64,000 nt of DNA, from NCBI GenBank assembly GCA_027459525.1, contig DAIDIC010000185.1:3992-67991 (forward strand). The letters run 5' to 3'. The notes below the pieces were generated by a model, which was not told where the DNA came from, made no database searches, and saw only the letters and a program-made list of their open reading frames with translations. Shown piece after piece: positions 19,872-29,464 of the stretch. A program made the position numbers and the translations under genes. Within the stretch, counting starts at the first letter, position 1. The number at the start of each line of letters is the position of its first letter. This stretch comes from Ktedonobacteria bacterium (GTDB lineage: Bacteria; Chloroflexota; Ktedonobacteria; Ktedonobacterales; JACDGC01).

Positions 19872-20312
19872 ATGGCAAAAGTAGTTTTGCTCGTAGAGGA
19901 CGATCACGATTTGCGTGAATTGCTTGCTCTGGCGCTGCCGTATTTTGGCGCTTTTCAGGTGGTTACCGCGGAAAATGGCGATATTGGGCTGGAAAAAGCT
20001 TGCGAAATCATGCCGGATTGTATTGTGCTGGATGTAAAAATGCCCGGATTAAATGGGTTAGCGGTTGCCCGCGCGCTGCGAGGAGACAGCGCAACGGCAA
20101 ATATTCCGATAGTTATTTTATCGGCCATGGCGCAAGATTTTGATATGTTTGCTGGGTTTGCTTCCGGCGCTGATAGATATTTGCTGAAGCCGACCAAGCC
20201 GCAGACAATTGCCGCCGCTATAGTTGAATCCATGGATATTGCGGCGGCTGAACGTGATAGGATGTATAATGAGTTTGCTCAAAGAAGTGAGGAATGGAAT
20301 GAAAACACCTAG
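19872..20312 (+). CDS. Single-domain (CheY-like) response regulator
   Basis: It has LLVEDDHDLRELL, VLDVKMPGLNG and LLKP and no output domain. It overlaps the downstream kinase gene. Confidence 0.85.
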   Translation: MAKVVLLVEDDHDLRELLALALPYFGAFQVVTAENGDIGLEKACEIMPDCIVLDVKMPGLNGLAVARALRGDSATANIPIVILSAMAQDFDMFAGFASGADRYLLKPTKPQTIAAAIVESMDIAAAERDRMYNEFAQRSEEWNENT

Positions 20313-21714
20313 CCAAGAGCATGAAATGAATACCGCGCCGCAAGAATTAGACAGCGCGCGCGGACTGAGTTTATCTCGGTATGTAAGTGTTATATTTGCT
20401 GTTTTGACGATATTGCTGATGGCGGGCAGACTGGTTCTGAATCATTTGCAGCTGGGTCATTTCAGTCGAATTATTGTAATGGTTGCAGTGGCTAATATTG
20501 TCAGTGTGAATCTTTATGTGTTTGCGTATTATCTTACTGCGTTTAAAAAAGGTAACTGGGCAGGCCGCTTTATTATTCTTGCATTTCTTATCTCATTATT
20601 TTCGGTTCAAACATATCGCGTTTTCCAGTATGGTTTAGATCCTTTAACGATTGCCAGCTTTACCGCCGAATTAATTCCCATTGGGCTTGCGAGTGTGTTA
20701 GATAACTCGGCGTTTATGTTTTTAACGACTATCATCATCAACATTGCAACCGCGATTATTATTTTTGGGGCAGGCGGCAACACGGCAAAATCTTCTTATT
20801 TTGTGTATGGCGCATACACTATTAACGTCGTGGTAGAGTGGCTTATTGCAATGCTGGTATTTATGGCGTCTACGCTATATAGCCGCGCGTTGCGCGAAGT
20901 CGGTTCATTAAAAAAGGCGTATGAACGATCTGTGCAGCTGGAGAATCTAAAAGATCAGTTTATCACCCATGTGAACCATGAATTGCGCACCCCGATTATG
21001 ACGATGCAGGGCACAATGGAATTTTTGGGAGAGGCGCGCGCGTCATTATCGGAATCTGCTCAAATCGATTTGATCCAGCAAGCGCGGCGCAATGCGCAGC
21101 GTCTGGTTGATCTGCTAAGCAGTATTTTAGACGCCCGCCAAGTTGAACGCCGCGTATCAGCCATGGAGACCGAGCCAGCTCATGCGCTTGCATTAGTAAA
21201 AGCTGCGGTGGAAATTATCGATCCTTTGCAAAAATATGGTATCCAGATCTCCGGTGATCCGCAGGTATTTGTTTTGGGTCAGAAAACGGCAATCCTGCAA
21301 ATTCTCACGAATTATCTTTCTAACGCCGTGAAATATTCTCCATCCGGAGCGCCGATTGCAGTTTCTGTTCAGAAAGTTACTTCAAGAGGACATAAAAGAA
21401 GCCGCCGCGTTGTTGAACAGGTTGTATTTAATGTGCAAGACGGCGGCTTAGGAGTGCCGGAAGATCAAATACCTTTATTATTTAACCGATTTGTTCGGCT
21501 GGAACGCGACTTGGCTTCAACCATTCCGGGAAACGGCCTTGGTTTGTACCTCAGTAAAGTATTAGCTGAATCGATGAGCGGCTCTGTCGGCGTCACCAGC
21601 CCGGCGGCAGATGGCGCCGGCAGCAATTTTTGGCTGAAACTGCCGCTTGCCCAAGTAATTGACGATGAAGATACCGCTCCCCGTCCCGCAGTGGCGCAAA
21701 TGATACCGAGTTAA
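20299..21714 (+). CDS. Membrane sensor histidine kinase
   Basis: It has about 6 N-terminal TM segments, the H-box HVNHELRTPI, N/G boxes (NYLSNAVKYS, DGGLGVPED, GNGLGLYLSK), and an RBS GAGGAA before ATG 20299. Confidence 0.85.
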   Translation: MKTPSQEHEMNTAPQELDSARGLSLSRYVSVIFAVLTILLMAGRLVLNHLQLGHFSRIIVMVAVANIVSVNLYVFAYYLTAFKKGNWAGRFIILAFLISLFSVQTYRVFQYGLDPLTIASFTAELIPIGLASVLDNSAFMFLTTIIINIATAIIIFGAGGNTAKSSYFVYGAYTINVVVEWLIAMLVFMASTLYSRALREVGSLKKAYERSVQLENLKDQFITHVNHELRTPIMTMQGTMEFLGEARASLSESAQIDLIQQARRNAQRLVDLLSSILDARQVERRVSAMETEPAHALALVKAAVEIIDPLQKYGIQISGDPQVFVLGQKTAILQILTNYLSNAVKYSPSGAPIAVSVQKVTSRGHKRSRRVVEQVVFNVQDGGLGVPEDQIPLLFNRFVRLERDLASTIPGNGLGLYLSKVLAESMSGSVGVTSPAADGAGSNFWLKLPLAQVIDDEDTAPRPAVAQMIPS

Positions 21715-22592
21715 TCAGGGTTCACGGGATTGATCAGCAATACCGGCAGCGCAACACGATGCAGCACCGATTCGGCGACACTGCCAAAAGCCAGTTTCTC
21801 CGGTCCGGTTCTGCCGTGGGTAGCCATAGCGATAAGATCTATGCCGTGCGCCGGATCGGTTGCGTAGTGTTGAATTTGCGCTACGGGATCCCCCCAAAGC
21901 GTTTTCACGCGAACATTAAATCCCTCTTTTTGCAGTCGCTGCTGCATACTAAACAAATACGCTTCGCTTTGATGCGATAAATCTTCGGTTTTTTTAGGAT
22001 CATGCGAAGTTGTTGCTATAACTTGCAACAAGGTTACTGCGCCATGAAACACCTTGGCAATGGTCGCCGCCGGTTGCAGAACTGTTTCAGCTAATGATGC
22101 GCCATCCAGCGGTATTAACAGCGAAAAAGGCTCTGCGCTTACGTTTTTGGCAAATGTCAGCTCCGAAACTTTCAAGATCATTGTGGGAATATGCGACTTG
22201 CGCGCAACATCTTCCGCCACGCTGCCCATCGCTATCCGCGCTAAACCTGTGCGGCCGTGGCTTGTCATCAGAATGAAGTCAGATTTTAATTCATGGGCTG
22301 TAGCGCAAATGATATCAGAAGGCACACCAACTTCTACATGCGCTTCGACATTCATTTGGCTGAGCGTTTGGCGGTGTTTTATATCGTGCAGATATGCGCT
22401 GCTTGTGTCGATGCCGCTATCTACTTGATATGAAATAACTTGAGGATAATCATATGTGCCGGCCATAGTTGAAATAGTGATGACTGTTAATAAATCAATT
22501 CGGGAATCCGAAGATTCGCGCGCTATTTGCGCCGCTGCCCCCAGCGCATATTCTGCCAGCTGCGAGCCATCAAGTGGAACCAATATACGCAT
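21711..22592 (-). CDS. Tandem universal stress protein (2 x UspA domain)
   Basis: It has two repeats with ILVPLDGS and SHGRTG..GSVAE motifs. Its stop overlaps the kinase stop (TTAA at 21711-21714). Confidence 0.85.
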   Translation of the reverse strand: MRILVPLDGSQLAEYALGAAAQIARESSDSRIDLLTVITISTMAGTYDYPQVISYQVDSGIDTSSAYLHDIKHRQTLSQMNVEAHVEVGVPSDIICATAHELKSDFILMTSHGRTGLARIAMGSVAEDVARKSHIPTMILKVSELTFAKNVSAEPFSLLIPLDGASLAETVLQPAATIAKVFHGAVTLLQVIATTSHDPKKTEDLSHQSEAYLFSMQQRLQKEGFNVRVKTLWGDPVAQIQHYATDPAHGIDLIAMATHGRTGPEKLAFGSVAESVLHRVALPVLLINPVNPD

Positions 22593-22888
22593 ACTATTTG
22601 CCTCTCATTCCCAGCGTTTCCGCTCGGCCAATCCCTGTTTCGGTTTTATCTTTTTTGATAATATTTCCGGGAATGATCCTTTCTGTTTATAGCATACATC
22701 AGCGCGATCTCATTTGTGTCACAAACGGCGATGACGCCATCACAAGCGGCGCACATCTGCTGCGCAGCGGGGGACCGTATTGATTATTTATGCATTGAAT
22801 TGCTGCTTCCAAATGAAGAAAAGCGGCTGCTTCTGTAAATTGTTGCGGCGTTTCCGCTCATCCGGCAATTTTCCTTGAAAAAAGCAGA

Positions 22889-23635
22889 TTATGGCAGACC
22901 CAAAAATCCTTTTTTGCGGCGCGTTAGTGTTTCTAAAAGCAGCCCTATTGCAATGATTACTATGCCGCCCAAACATAAGTATAATCCGCGATACGCCGGC
23001 TTCAAAGCATTGGCTTCTGTGATAACCGGGACAGCGTGCAACTGTGTATAGATAACAATGCTTCCTATAGTCATTATGCCTAATATGGGTAACAGAAAAA
23101 GTCCTAAACAGCCAAGCATGGCAAAGCAGCCCATGCGAGAATGCAGTAGCATCAGCAACGCCGCCAAAACCGTAAACGCCGCTGCGTCAATGGTTCCTGC
23201 TTGTACCAGTGTTTTGCTGAGCGTTATCAGATTTCCTTTTTCACCGTATCCCCATGGCTGTGTTAATGAAGCGTACAGCATGCCGATTCCCGCCGCCAGC
23301 AACAGATGCTGCAACGGCAGCCGAAACGATGGGCTTTGTTTCCTGTTTTGCCGGCTGCTCCTTTGTTCAGACTGCCCAAAAGGTGTATATTCTTTATAGG
23401 AGGCGGGATGAGCCAGATTTTTATTGGAGATGTGCCATTGCTCAGCTTCGGCGCTGCTTTGTCCTTTCCCATTTTGCGCCGTATAATCCGAGCCGGTTTG
23501 CTGGGTGTTTTGCTGCGGCAGCGGGCGGGTGTTTGCGCCGCTGTATTGCTGGAATGGCTGGTTGGCGTTATTATTTGCGGCGTTGTTATCGGGCGGAAAT
23601 ATATATGGTGAAGGGTTTCCCATAATGTGTATCAT
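22889..23635 (-). CDS. Hypothetical membrane protein with Q/N/P-rich N-terminal region
   Basis: It has a low-complexity N-terminus followed by about 4 TM segments. The start is uncertain (23635 or 23623). I recognise no family. Confidence 0.45.
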   Translation of the reverse strand: MIHIMGNPSPYIFPPDNNAANNNANQPFQQYSGANTRPLPQQNTQQTGSDYTAQNGKGQSSAEAEQWHISNKNLAHPASYKEYTPFGQSEQRSSRQNRKQSPSFRLPLQHLLLAAGIGMLYASLTQPWGYGEKGNLITLSKTLVQAGTIDAAAFTVLAALLMLLHSRMGCFAMLGCLGLFLLPILGIMTIGSIVIYTQLHAVPVITEANALKPAYRGLYLCLGGIVIIAIGLLLETLTRRKKGFLGLP

Positions 23636-23882
23636 CCTTTTTTTTGAACATTCCGGCAGACTTATACCTCGCGCGGCGCGCAAACGCTGTGAGAAGAGAA
23701 GCCGCCAAAACTTGGAGGGCGTTCCGTGCCCTTATGGAATCCGCAGGATTAAACCGTTTTTTCCGAAGTTTCGGTAAAGATCTGATGATTGTATTGTATC
23801 AGAAATATTTTTTTGCTGACTTTTCATGGTTTATGATGGGCTAAGTAGCTATACATACTGATCGAAAGTTGTGATATATATC

Positions 23883-24812
23883 ATGATAGATAACGCACGT
23901 ATATACTGGGATGAATTATTGCGCGCTATTCGGCGGGCGCTGCCCGAAAAGACGCCGCGCGCGCAAACCAGTGTTGACGCAAAAGCTGAAACGCGCGAAA
24001 GTTCGGCGTTTGTGCTGCTGGGCGGTGGATCTCATGGCGCGGCGCAGGCCGGGGCGTTAAGTGAGCTGGTGGCGCAAGGAATAACGCCGGATATTGTTAT
24101 CGGCGTTTCTGCGGGATCTTGGAATGCGGCGTTTTGGACACTGAACCCATCGGCGATGCGCGCTAGGGTGCTGGAAGCAATTTGGGCTTCGGCGAACAGC
24201 CGTGAATTGTTGGGAACTGCGCCGTGGCGCGCAGCGATTACCGCGGTGACCAACCATGGCGCAATTTATGATAATGATGGTATGCGCAAGTTTGCAGAAC
24301 GGCATTTAGGCGCGTTAACATTTGCGGATACACGCATCCCGCTGCGGATATTAAGCGTGAATGTTTCACGCGGGCTGCCGGCGCTGCTGCACACAGGACC
24401 GCTGCTGGACGCCGTGCTGGCGTCTTCGGCGATTCCGGGGATATTTCCGCCGGTGGAAATAAGCGGCGACCGGTATGTGGACGGCGGCCTGATGGAGGAA
24501 GCCGCTTGCGACGCCGCCGTGGCCTATGGCGCCACAACGATTTATATTGTTTCGTGCGGATCGATGACCAAGCGGGTTGAGAAAATTGACACAATGACGA
24601 ATTTATTGAACCGATCGCTGGAAGTGAACGGCCATTTTCGCTTTTTGCGGATGGTTGATGAATTGCGGCGGCGAAATATTAAAGCGGTTGCCATACACCC
24701 GGAAATTCCCTTTTACAGCGCGTTAGATTTTGATCGAAGCAGTGAGCTGATTCAGGCGGGGCATATGGCCGCGCGCGCGGCGCTGGCCGAAATGGACGCG
24801 ATTGCGCAGTAA
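23883..24812 (+). CDS. Patatin-like phospholipase
   Basis: It has the oxyanion-hole motif LLGGGSHGAAQAG, the nucleophile motif GVSAGS (GxSxG) and the catalytic Asp motif VDGGL. A GTG at 23871 is an alternative start. Confidence 0.8.
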   Translation: MIDNARIYWDELLRAIRRALPEKTPRAQTSVDAKAETRESSAFVLLGGGSHGAAQAGALSELVAQGITPDIVIGVSAGSWNAAFWTLNPSAMRARVLEAIWASANSRELLGTAPWRAAITAVTNHGAIYDNDGMRKFAERHLGALTFADTRIPLRILSVNVSRGLPALLHTGPLLDAVLASSAIPGIFPPVEISGDRYVDGGLMEEAACDAAVAYGATTIYIVSCGSMTKRVEKIDTMTNLLNRSLEVNGHFRFLRMVDELRRRNIKAVAIHPEIPFYSALDFDRSSELIQAGHMAARAALAEMDAIAQ

Positions 24813-24827
24813 ACGGTCTTGTAATAT

Positions 24828-25038
24828 CGGCCTTTCGTTTCAGCAGAGAACATTGGGGGGATATACAAGGGGCAGCGCCCTTTGTCCGGGGATCCGGGGT
24901 GTCCCCGGACCTCCCTCTGTTTCTGCTGCGGGAAACATGCGTTTCAGCAGAGAACATCGGGGGATATACAAGGGGCAGCGCCCCTTGTCCGTGGATCCGG
25001 GGTGTTCCCGGACCTCTCTCTGTTTCAGCTGCGGGAAG
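24828..25038 (-). repeat. Two tandem, truncated, inverted-orientation copies of the MITE-like element
   Basis: The units at 24828-24940 and 24941-25038 share TTTCAGCAGAGAACAT.GGGG.ATATACAAGGGGCAGCGCCC.TTGTCCG.GGATCCGGGGTGT.CCCGGACCTC. This aligns with the reverse complement of 580-718, and the far-end TIR is missing. Confidence 0.7.
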
Positions 25039-25063
25039 TATAGCTTTTATCCGGGAGATGAAC

Positions 25064-25603
25064 ATGATGTATATTGCATTGCTGCGCGGCATAAATATTG
25101 GCGGACACATAGTAAAAATGGAGCGGCTGCGAGAGATCTTTGCCGAAATGGGATTTACGAATATCCGCACATATATCCAAAGCGGCAACGTTTTCTTTGA
25201 TAGCCCTCAAACAGATCGCGCCGCTCTGAAAACTACTATTGAATCTCATTTACAGCAATCGTTAGGCTACGAAGTACCGACGTTCTTGCGCACAATCCCA
25301 GAAATGGAGCAAATTATTGCTCTGGATCCCTTTCAACATCTCAATATCACCGATGATATGCGTCTTTGCGTTGTGTTTACGTCCGAGCAAATTCCCTCCT
25401 CACTTTCATTGCCGCTGCGCTCGCCGAAAAATGATATGGAAATTATTCAGACAACCGAACATGAAGCGTTTGTTGTATGGTATCTGAACAATGGCCGCCC
25501 GCCGGCGAATCACTCTTTTAAAGAGCTGGGGAAGATTACCACAACGCGGTTTTTCTATACCACCGTCAAAATACTTCACGAAGCAAAAAAACACATAATA
25601 TAA
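25064..25603 (+). CDS. DUF1697-family protein
   Basis: MYIALLRGINIGGHIVKMERLREIF..TYIQSGNVFF matches the DUF1697 N-terminal signature. The ORF-track upstream extension runs through the repeat. Confidence 0.7.
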   Translation: MMYIALLRGINIGGHIVKMERLREIFAEMGFTNIRTYIQSGNVFFDSPQTDRAALKTTIESHLQQSLGYEVPTFLRTIPEMEQIIALDPFQHLNITDDMRLCVVFTSEQIPSSLSLPLRSPKNDMEIIQTTEHEAFVVWYLNNGRPPANHSFKELGKITTTRFFYTTVKILHEAKKHII

Positions 25604-25816
25604 AAGGAAATTTGTCTGCGTTGCCGCCGCAAGATTCTTAATCGAGTTTTCTGCTCCGGCGCTATTGGTTTTTCGCGGGTTGCGCGCTGAACCATGCGCT
25701 CAGGAAAGTGTACTTATTTGGCGCCTGTGCGGCGCCTATTTGCAGTCTGGTGTATGATGGTTATGAAGGTCGCTAAAGGGACGATTCGCGACTGGCATGG
25801 TAAGGAGACACCAACA

Positions 25817-28810
25817 ATGACAAAAATTCTATCCACAAAACATTCTTCTACCCAAAACACAATCTTTTCGTCCAAAACCTATTATTATGAGGTGAAAACT
25901 CGCATGCAACGTTCTCACTCTTTATCGCGCAGCTTCGCCTTCTACATGATTCCAATCATGTCGTTTCTGGCGATGGCGCTGACCCTTGTCGACCCGACAG
26001 GAGCGTTTGCGCGATCTATGCCTAAAATAACCCCCTTGGTGAACCAAATGCCGACGGGCGCTTGGTCACAGATTGGGCCGTTATCGCCAACCATTGGCAC
26101 AACAATGCTTTCCAATGGCTTCGGCGCTTTGGCGGTAGATCCGACAACAAGCGGTTCTACAACTACCATGTATTTGGCCCCGAATGATGGCGGCCTGTTT
26201 AAAACAACCAATGACGGGACATCATGGTCCCCGGTGATGGATACACTGCCCAGCGGTGTTACTTGGCCGACCATAACACATATAGTGGTCGATCCGGAAA
26301 ATCATAACACCGTGTTTGCCGTAACCGAAAGCGGTTCCAGTTTTCAAGGAATTCTTGAGACGACCAACGGCGGCACAAGTTGGACACAGATAACACCGAC
26401 AGCGTTATTAAACGAATATGGTGTTTCTAGGTTATTTGTCAATCAATATAACGACCAGGATATGTTTGCGTTAGCGTTCAACAACGCCAGCCCTGCAGTC
26501 AATGAAGTGCTGTATTCCACAAACGGCGGCGCAAACTGGACATCCAGCTCAATCGCCACCGCGGATTGGGAAAGCGGCGCAGCCAATACGCTGGCAGATC
26601 TGGCGGTCGGCTTCAGCGGCTCCGTCAGCTCTTACACCGAATATTTGTATGCGGTGGGGATTGATCCCGGCGGCGCTAATATTAACGAAGTTGACGTGGC
26701 AACCGCAACGGCGACAACTGCCTCAAGCACGCCGACATGGGCAGCAGCAACAGCAACTGATAAAGTTGAAGCAACTTCTGTCACTGGGACAACCGGCGCG
26801 TCAATTGCCCTTGCCTCTTCGATTCCTTCGACACTGGCAGGTGTGTATGTTTCCGTAAAAGCCTCCGCTGCTCCCGGATTCTACTACTATAATGCGAGTG
26901 GTCCCGCGTTTGCTCAGCAGACTGTTGCAATTACAAACGTCTTTACCGATATGGCAGTCGATCCGCAGAACCCGACGATTGTGTATGGCTTGACAAGCGC
27001 TCCTGCGTTGTATGTGATCAACGCTGCAACGACAGCAGCATCAGGCGCTACACTGATGAACGTACCCGGAACAACATCCGATCGTGAAGTACCGCGTTTC
27101 CCATCCTGCGCTTCCGGCACAGATCCGTGCCCCGCAGAGTTTGCCAATGACGGCGGCCTGTTCTACTCCACTGCGCCGAATGTTGCTACACCGTCTACTG
27201 CTTTAATCAGCCTTACCGGCGTAGCTGATGTTTCGTTCGGTTCCTTAAACGGAGCAATTGGCGCAGGCTATAGCTCTTCACCGGAGTTCTATGGCGTCAG
27301 CAACACCAATTATGGCTTGCTGTGGAACGGCTCAACATGGACGATGCCGGATACATCTTCGCTTAGCGCAACATCAGTCGCAATCGATCAGTCGAACAAC
27401 GCGAAGATTTACTATGCAACTGGCAGTTTTATTTATGTCAGCAATAACAGCGGAGCAACGTTTGGCTCAATTAACGCTGCCCAAACTCCATTTGTTATTG
27501 ATCCTGCAAATGACTCGCATATCGTCTCTAACAGCACAACCGCTAATGATGTTTGGGAATCCACCAATGGTGGTGTTTCCGGTAACAATTCAGCAGCAGG
27601 GTTTACTACGGCAGCCATTGCCATAGACCCAACCAACAGCACTGTTGTGTTTGTCGGCGGAACGTCGCATCTTTCCGAAGCGACGAATGCGGATAGCGCT
27701 TCAACAACCTATACATCGCTTTCAACTGCTTATACACCGGTATCGATTGTCGTCGACTCGCATGATTCCACCGGAAACACAGCGTATTTTGCGACTTCCA
27801 GCGGTGTGTATGAAGTAAGCAGCGCGACATCAACACCGGCGTTCACAGCGTTCAGCACAACCGGTCTGCCGGCTTCACCGGAAATTTCACAGATTGGTAT
27901 GTACTATTCCGGCAATACACCTGTGTTCGTTGCGTTGGCAAGCGGCACTCTTACCAGCAACTCGTTGTACTACACCACATCAACAACAGCAGCGTGGACA
28001 AAACTGTCCAGCGGTCTGCCTTCTGCGCCAATCAATGGTTTCGCAATTAACAAGGACCACACCGCTATTACGGCATATACACAGGGCCGTGGCGCATGGG
28101 TGCTTGCATTGCCGACAGCTAAAGCGCAGTCGGTTGGTGTGTATAGTCCAAGCACTGGCACATTCTTCTTGAACTATAGCAACACAGCCGGTACTGCCAA
28201 TGTTACTGTGCAGTATGGCCCAGCTAACTCCACGCCGCTGATTGGCGACTGGACGGGGCAGGGCTTCCAAACCGTCGGTGTGTATAACAACGGTGTGTTT
28301 TACCTGAAAAACAGCGATACAGCCGGTAATGCGGATATTACCTTCCAGTACGGGCCAATCAACAGCAGCGCTGTTCCGTTAGTCGGTGACTGGACGGGTC
28401 AGGGCAAGAGCACTATAGGTATATACCTAAACGGCACATTCTACCTGAAGAATTCCAACGCCGCCGGCAGCGCAGATATTACCTTTAATTTCGGCGGTCC
28501 GGGAGATATTCCGGTGGTCGGTGACTGGAGTGGATCCGGTCATACTTCAGTCGGTGTGTATGATCCTTCAACAGGAACATTCTACCTGAAGAATACCTTA
28601 GCCGCCGGTTTACCGGATTACACCTTTGCGTATGGCCCAATAGGCTCAACTCCTATCGCCGGTGATTGGACTGGTCAAGGATTTGCTACTGTAGGCGTGT
28701 ATGACACAAATACATTCTTCTTGAAGAATTCTAACGCCGCCGGTAACGCAGACACCACATTTATGTATGGTTTCAGCGGAACGGTTCCGTTAGTAGGCAA
28801 CTATCGGTAG
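25817..28810 (+). CDS. Secreted BNR/Asp-box repeat protein with C-terminal FG-GAP/VCBS-like propeller repeats
   Basis: AAGGAG lies 9 nt before ATG 25817 (alternative start 25904). A hydrophobic signal-like segment ends at AFA. It has Asp-box motifs (TNDGTSWSPV, TTNGGTSWTQI, STNGGANWTSS, SNNSGATF, STNGG) and about 5 C-terminal repeats of the VGDWTGQG..GVY..GTFYLKNSN.AG.ADI.F.YGP type. Confidence 0.7.
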   Translation: MTKILSTKHSSTQNTIFSSKTYYYEVKTRMQRSHSLSRSFAFYMIPIMSFLAMALTLVDPTGAFARSMPKITPLVNQMPTGAWSQIGPLSPTIGTTMLSNGFGALAVDPTTSGSTTTMYLAPNDGGLFKTTNDGTSWSPVMDTLPSGVTWPTITHIVVDPENHNTVFAVTESGSSFQGILETTNGGTSWTQITPTALLNEYGVSRLFVNQYNDQDMFALAFNNASPAVNEVLYSTNGGANWTSSSIATADWESGAANTLADLAVGFSGSVSSYTEYLYAVGIDPGGANINEVDVATATATTASSTPTWAAATATDKVEATSVTGTTGASIALASSIPSTLAGVYVSVKASAAPGFYYYNASGPAFAQQTVAITNVFTDMAVDPQNPTIVYGLTSAPALYVINAATTAASGATLMNVPGTTSDREVPRFPSCASGTDPCPAEFANDGGLFYSTAPNVATPSTALISLTGVADVSFGSLNGAIGAGYSSSPEFYGVSNTNYGLLWNGSTWTMPDTSSLSATSVAIDQSNNAKIYYATGSFIYVSNNSGATFGSINAAQTPFVIDPANDSHIVSNSTTANDVWESTNGGVSGNNSAAGFTTAAIAIDPTNSTVVFVGGTSHLSEATNADSASTTYTSLSTAYTPVSIVVDSHDSTGNTAYFATSSGVYEVSSATSTPAFTAFSTTGLPASPEISQIGMYYSGNTPVFVALASGTLTSNSLYYTTSTTAAWTKLSSGLPSAPINGFAINKDHTAITAYTQGRGAWVLALPTAKAQSVGVYSPSTGTFFLNYSNTAGTANVTVQYGPANSTPLIGDWTGQGFQTVGVYNNGVFYLKNSDTAGNADITFQYGPINSSAVPLVGDWTGQGKSTIGIYLNGTFYLKNSNAAGSADITFNFGGPGDIPVVGDWSGSGHTSVGVYDPSTGTFYLKNTLAAGLPDYTFAYGPIGSTPIAGDWTGQGFATVGVYDTNTFFLKNSNAAGNADTTFMYGFSGTVPLVGNYR
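28127..28807 (+). repeat. About 5 in-frame tandem repeats (46-48 codons) encoding propeller blades
   Basis: The consensus G(V/I)Y..(S)TGTF(Y/F)LKNSN.AG.AD(I/T)TF.YGP..S.P(L/I/V)VGDWTGQG recurs at the protein level. Confidence 0.7.
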
Positions 28811-28844
28811 TCTCCTAACCACGTCCTTGTAACGCAAGGATGAG

Positions 28845-28879
28845 TGCGCCTTCGGAATTTCTGAAGGCGCATTTTGTTT
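28845..28879 (+). terminator. Rho-independent terminator after the BNR-propeller gene
   Basis: The stem TGCGCCTTC / GAAGGCGCA with a 9-nt loop is followed by TTTTGTTT. Confidence 0.7.
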
Positions 28880-29255
28880 ATGCTGCGAATATCTTCACAT
28901 TCATGTATCCATTATCCGTGGTTTTTTGTCGCCCCCGAATCCGGGCATATTCGGGTGTTAGGCCGGTTCGGGAACGAAAGGCGCGATACAACGAATTTGC
29001 CTCTTCATATCCCAGTAAAAAAGCGATTTGTCCGCTGGAGTACTCTGAGGAGATGAGATAACGCCAAGCTAATTCTTCTCGCAGATCATCCGGCGCTTTT
29101 TGAAAACTGGTTCCCTCAACGCGCAGGCGCCGTTGGAGCGTTCGGCTGCTTACCGCAAGCCGCGCCGCAACATCGTTGATGGATGTTTGACCACTTGCCA
29201 GAATTTCAATGAATGTGGCCTGCACACGATCACGATACGTTGCCTCTTTAGTCAA
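28878..29255 (-). CDS. AraC-family DNA-binding domain protein (MarA/SoxS-sized, or a truncated remnant)
   Basis: Only the double HTH is present (INDVAARLAVSSRTLQRRLRVEGTSF..GQIAFLLGYEEANSLYRAFRSRTGLTPEYAR). The start is TTG, and an in-frame TGA lies two codons upstream. Confidence 0.5.
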   Translation of the reverse strand: MTKEATYRDRVQATFIEILASGQTSINDVAARLAVSSRTLQRRLRVEGTSFQKAPDDLREELAWRYLISSEYSSGQIAFLLGYEEANSLYRAFRSRTGLTPEYARIRGRQKTTDNGYMNVKIFAA

Positions 29256-29464
29256 TAATCAAACAAGGTGGGGGAATTTTTTCAGGGCATACCGCAGGAA
29301 TTCATCATATGAGGATTAGATGCGCCATCTGCTCATCATGGATATCATCCGGTGATTTACAGGCAGCGCCAGCCTTTGTTGCGCGTATTGAGTGCGTCCG
29401 CCGCTTTTTGCAAAAAAGCAGATGCGGCCGGGCGTTATAGTCGCATCTGCAATGGGAACGTATA

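Noticed and set aside
21711-21714. Convergent histidine-kinase and USP genes share overlapping stop codons (TTAA).
   Set aside because: The overlap is real but trivial. It leaves no room for a terminator, and there is no evidence of functional significance.
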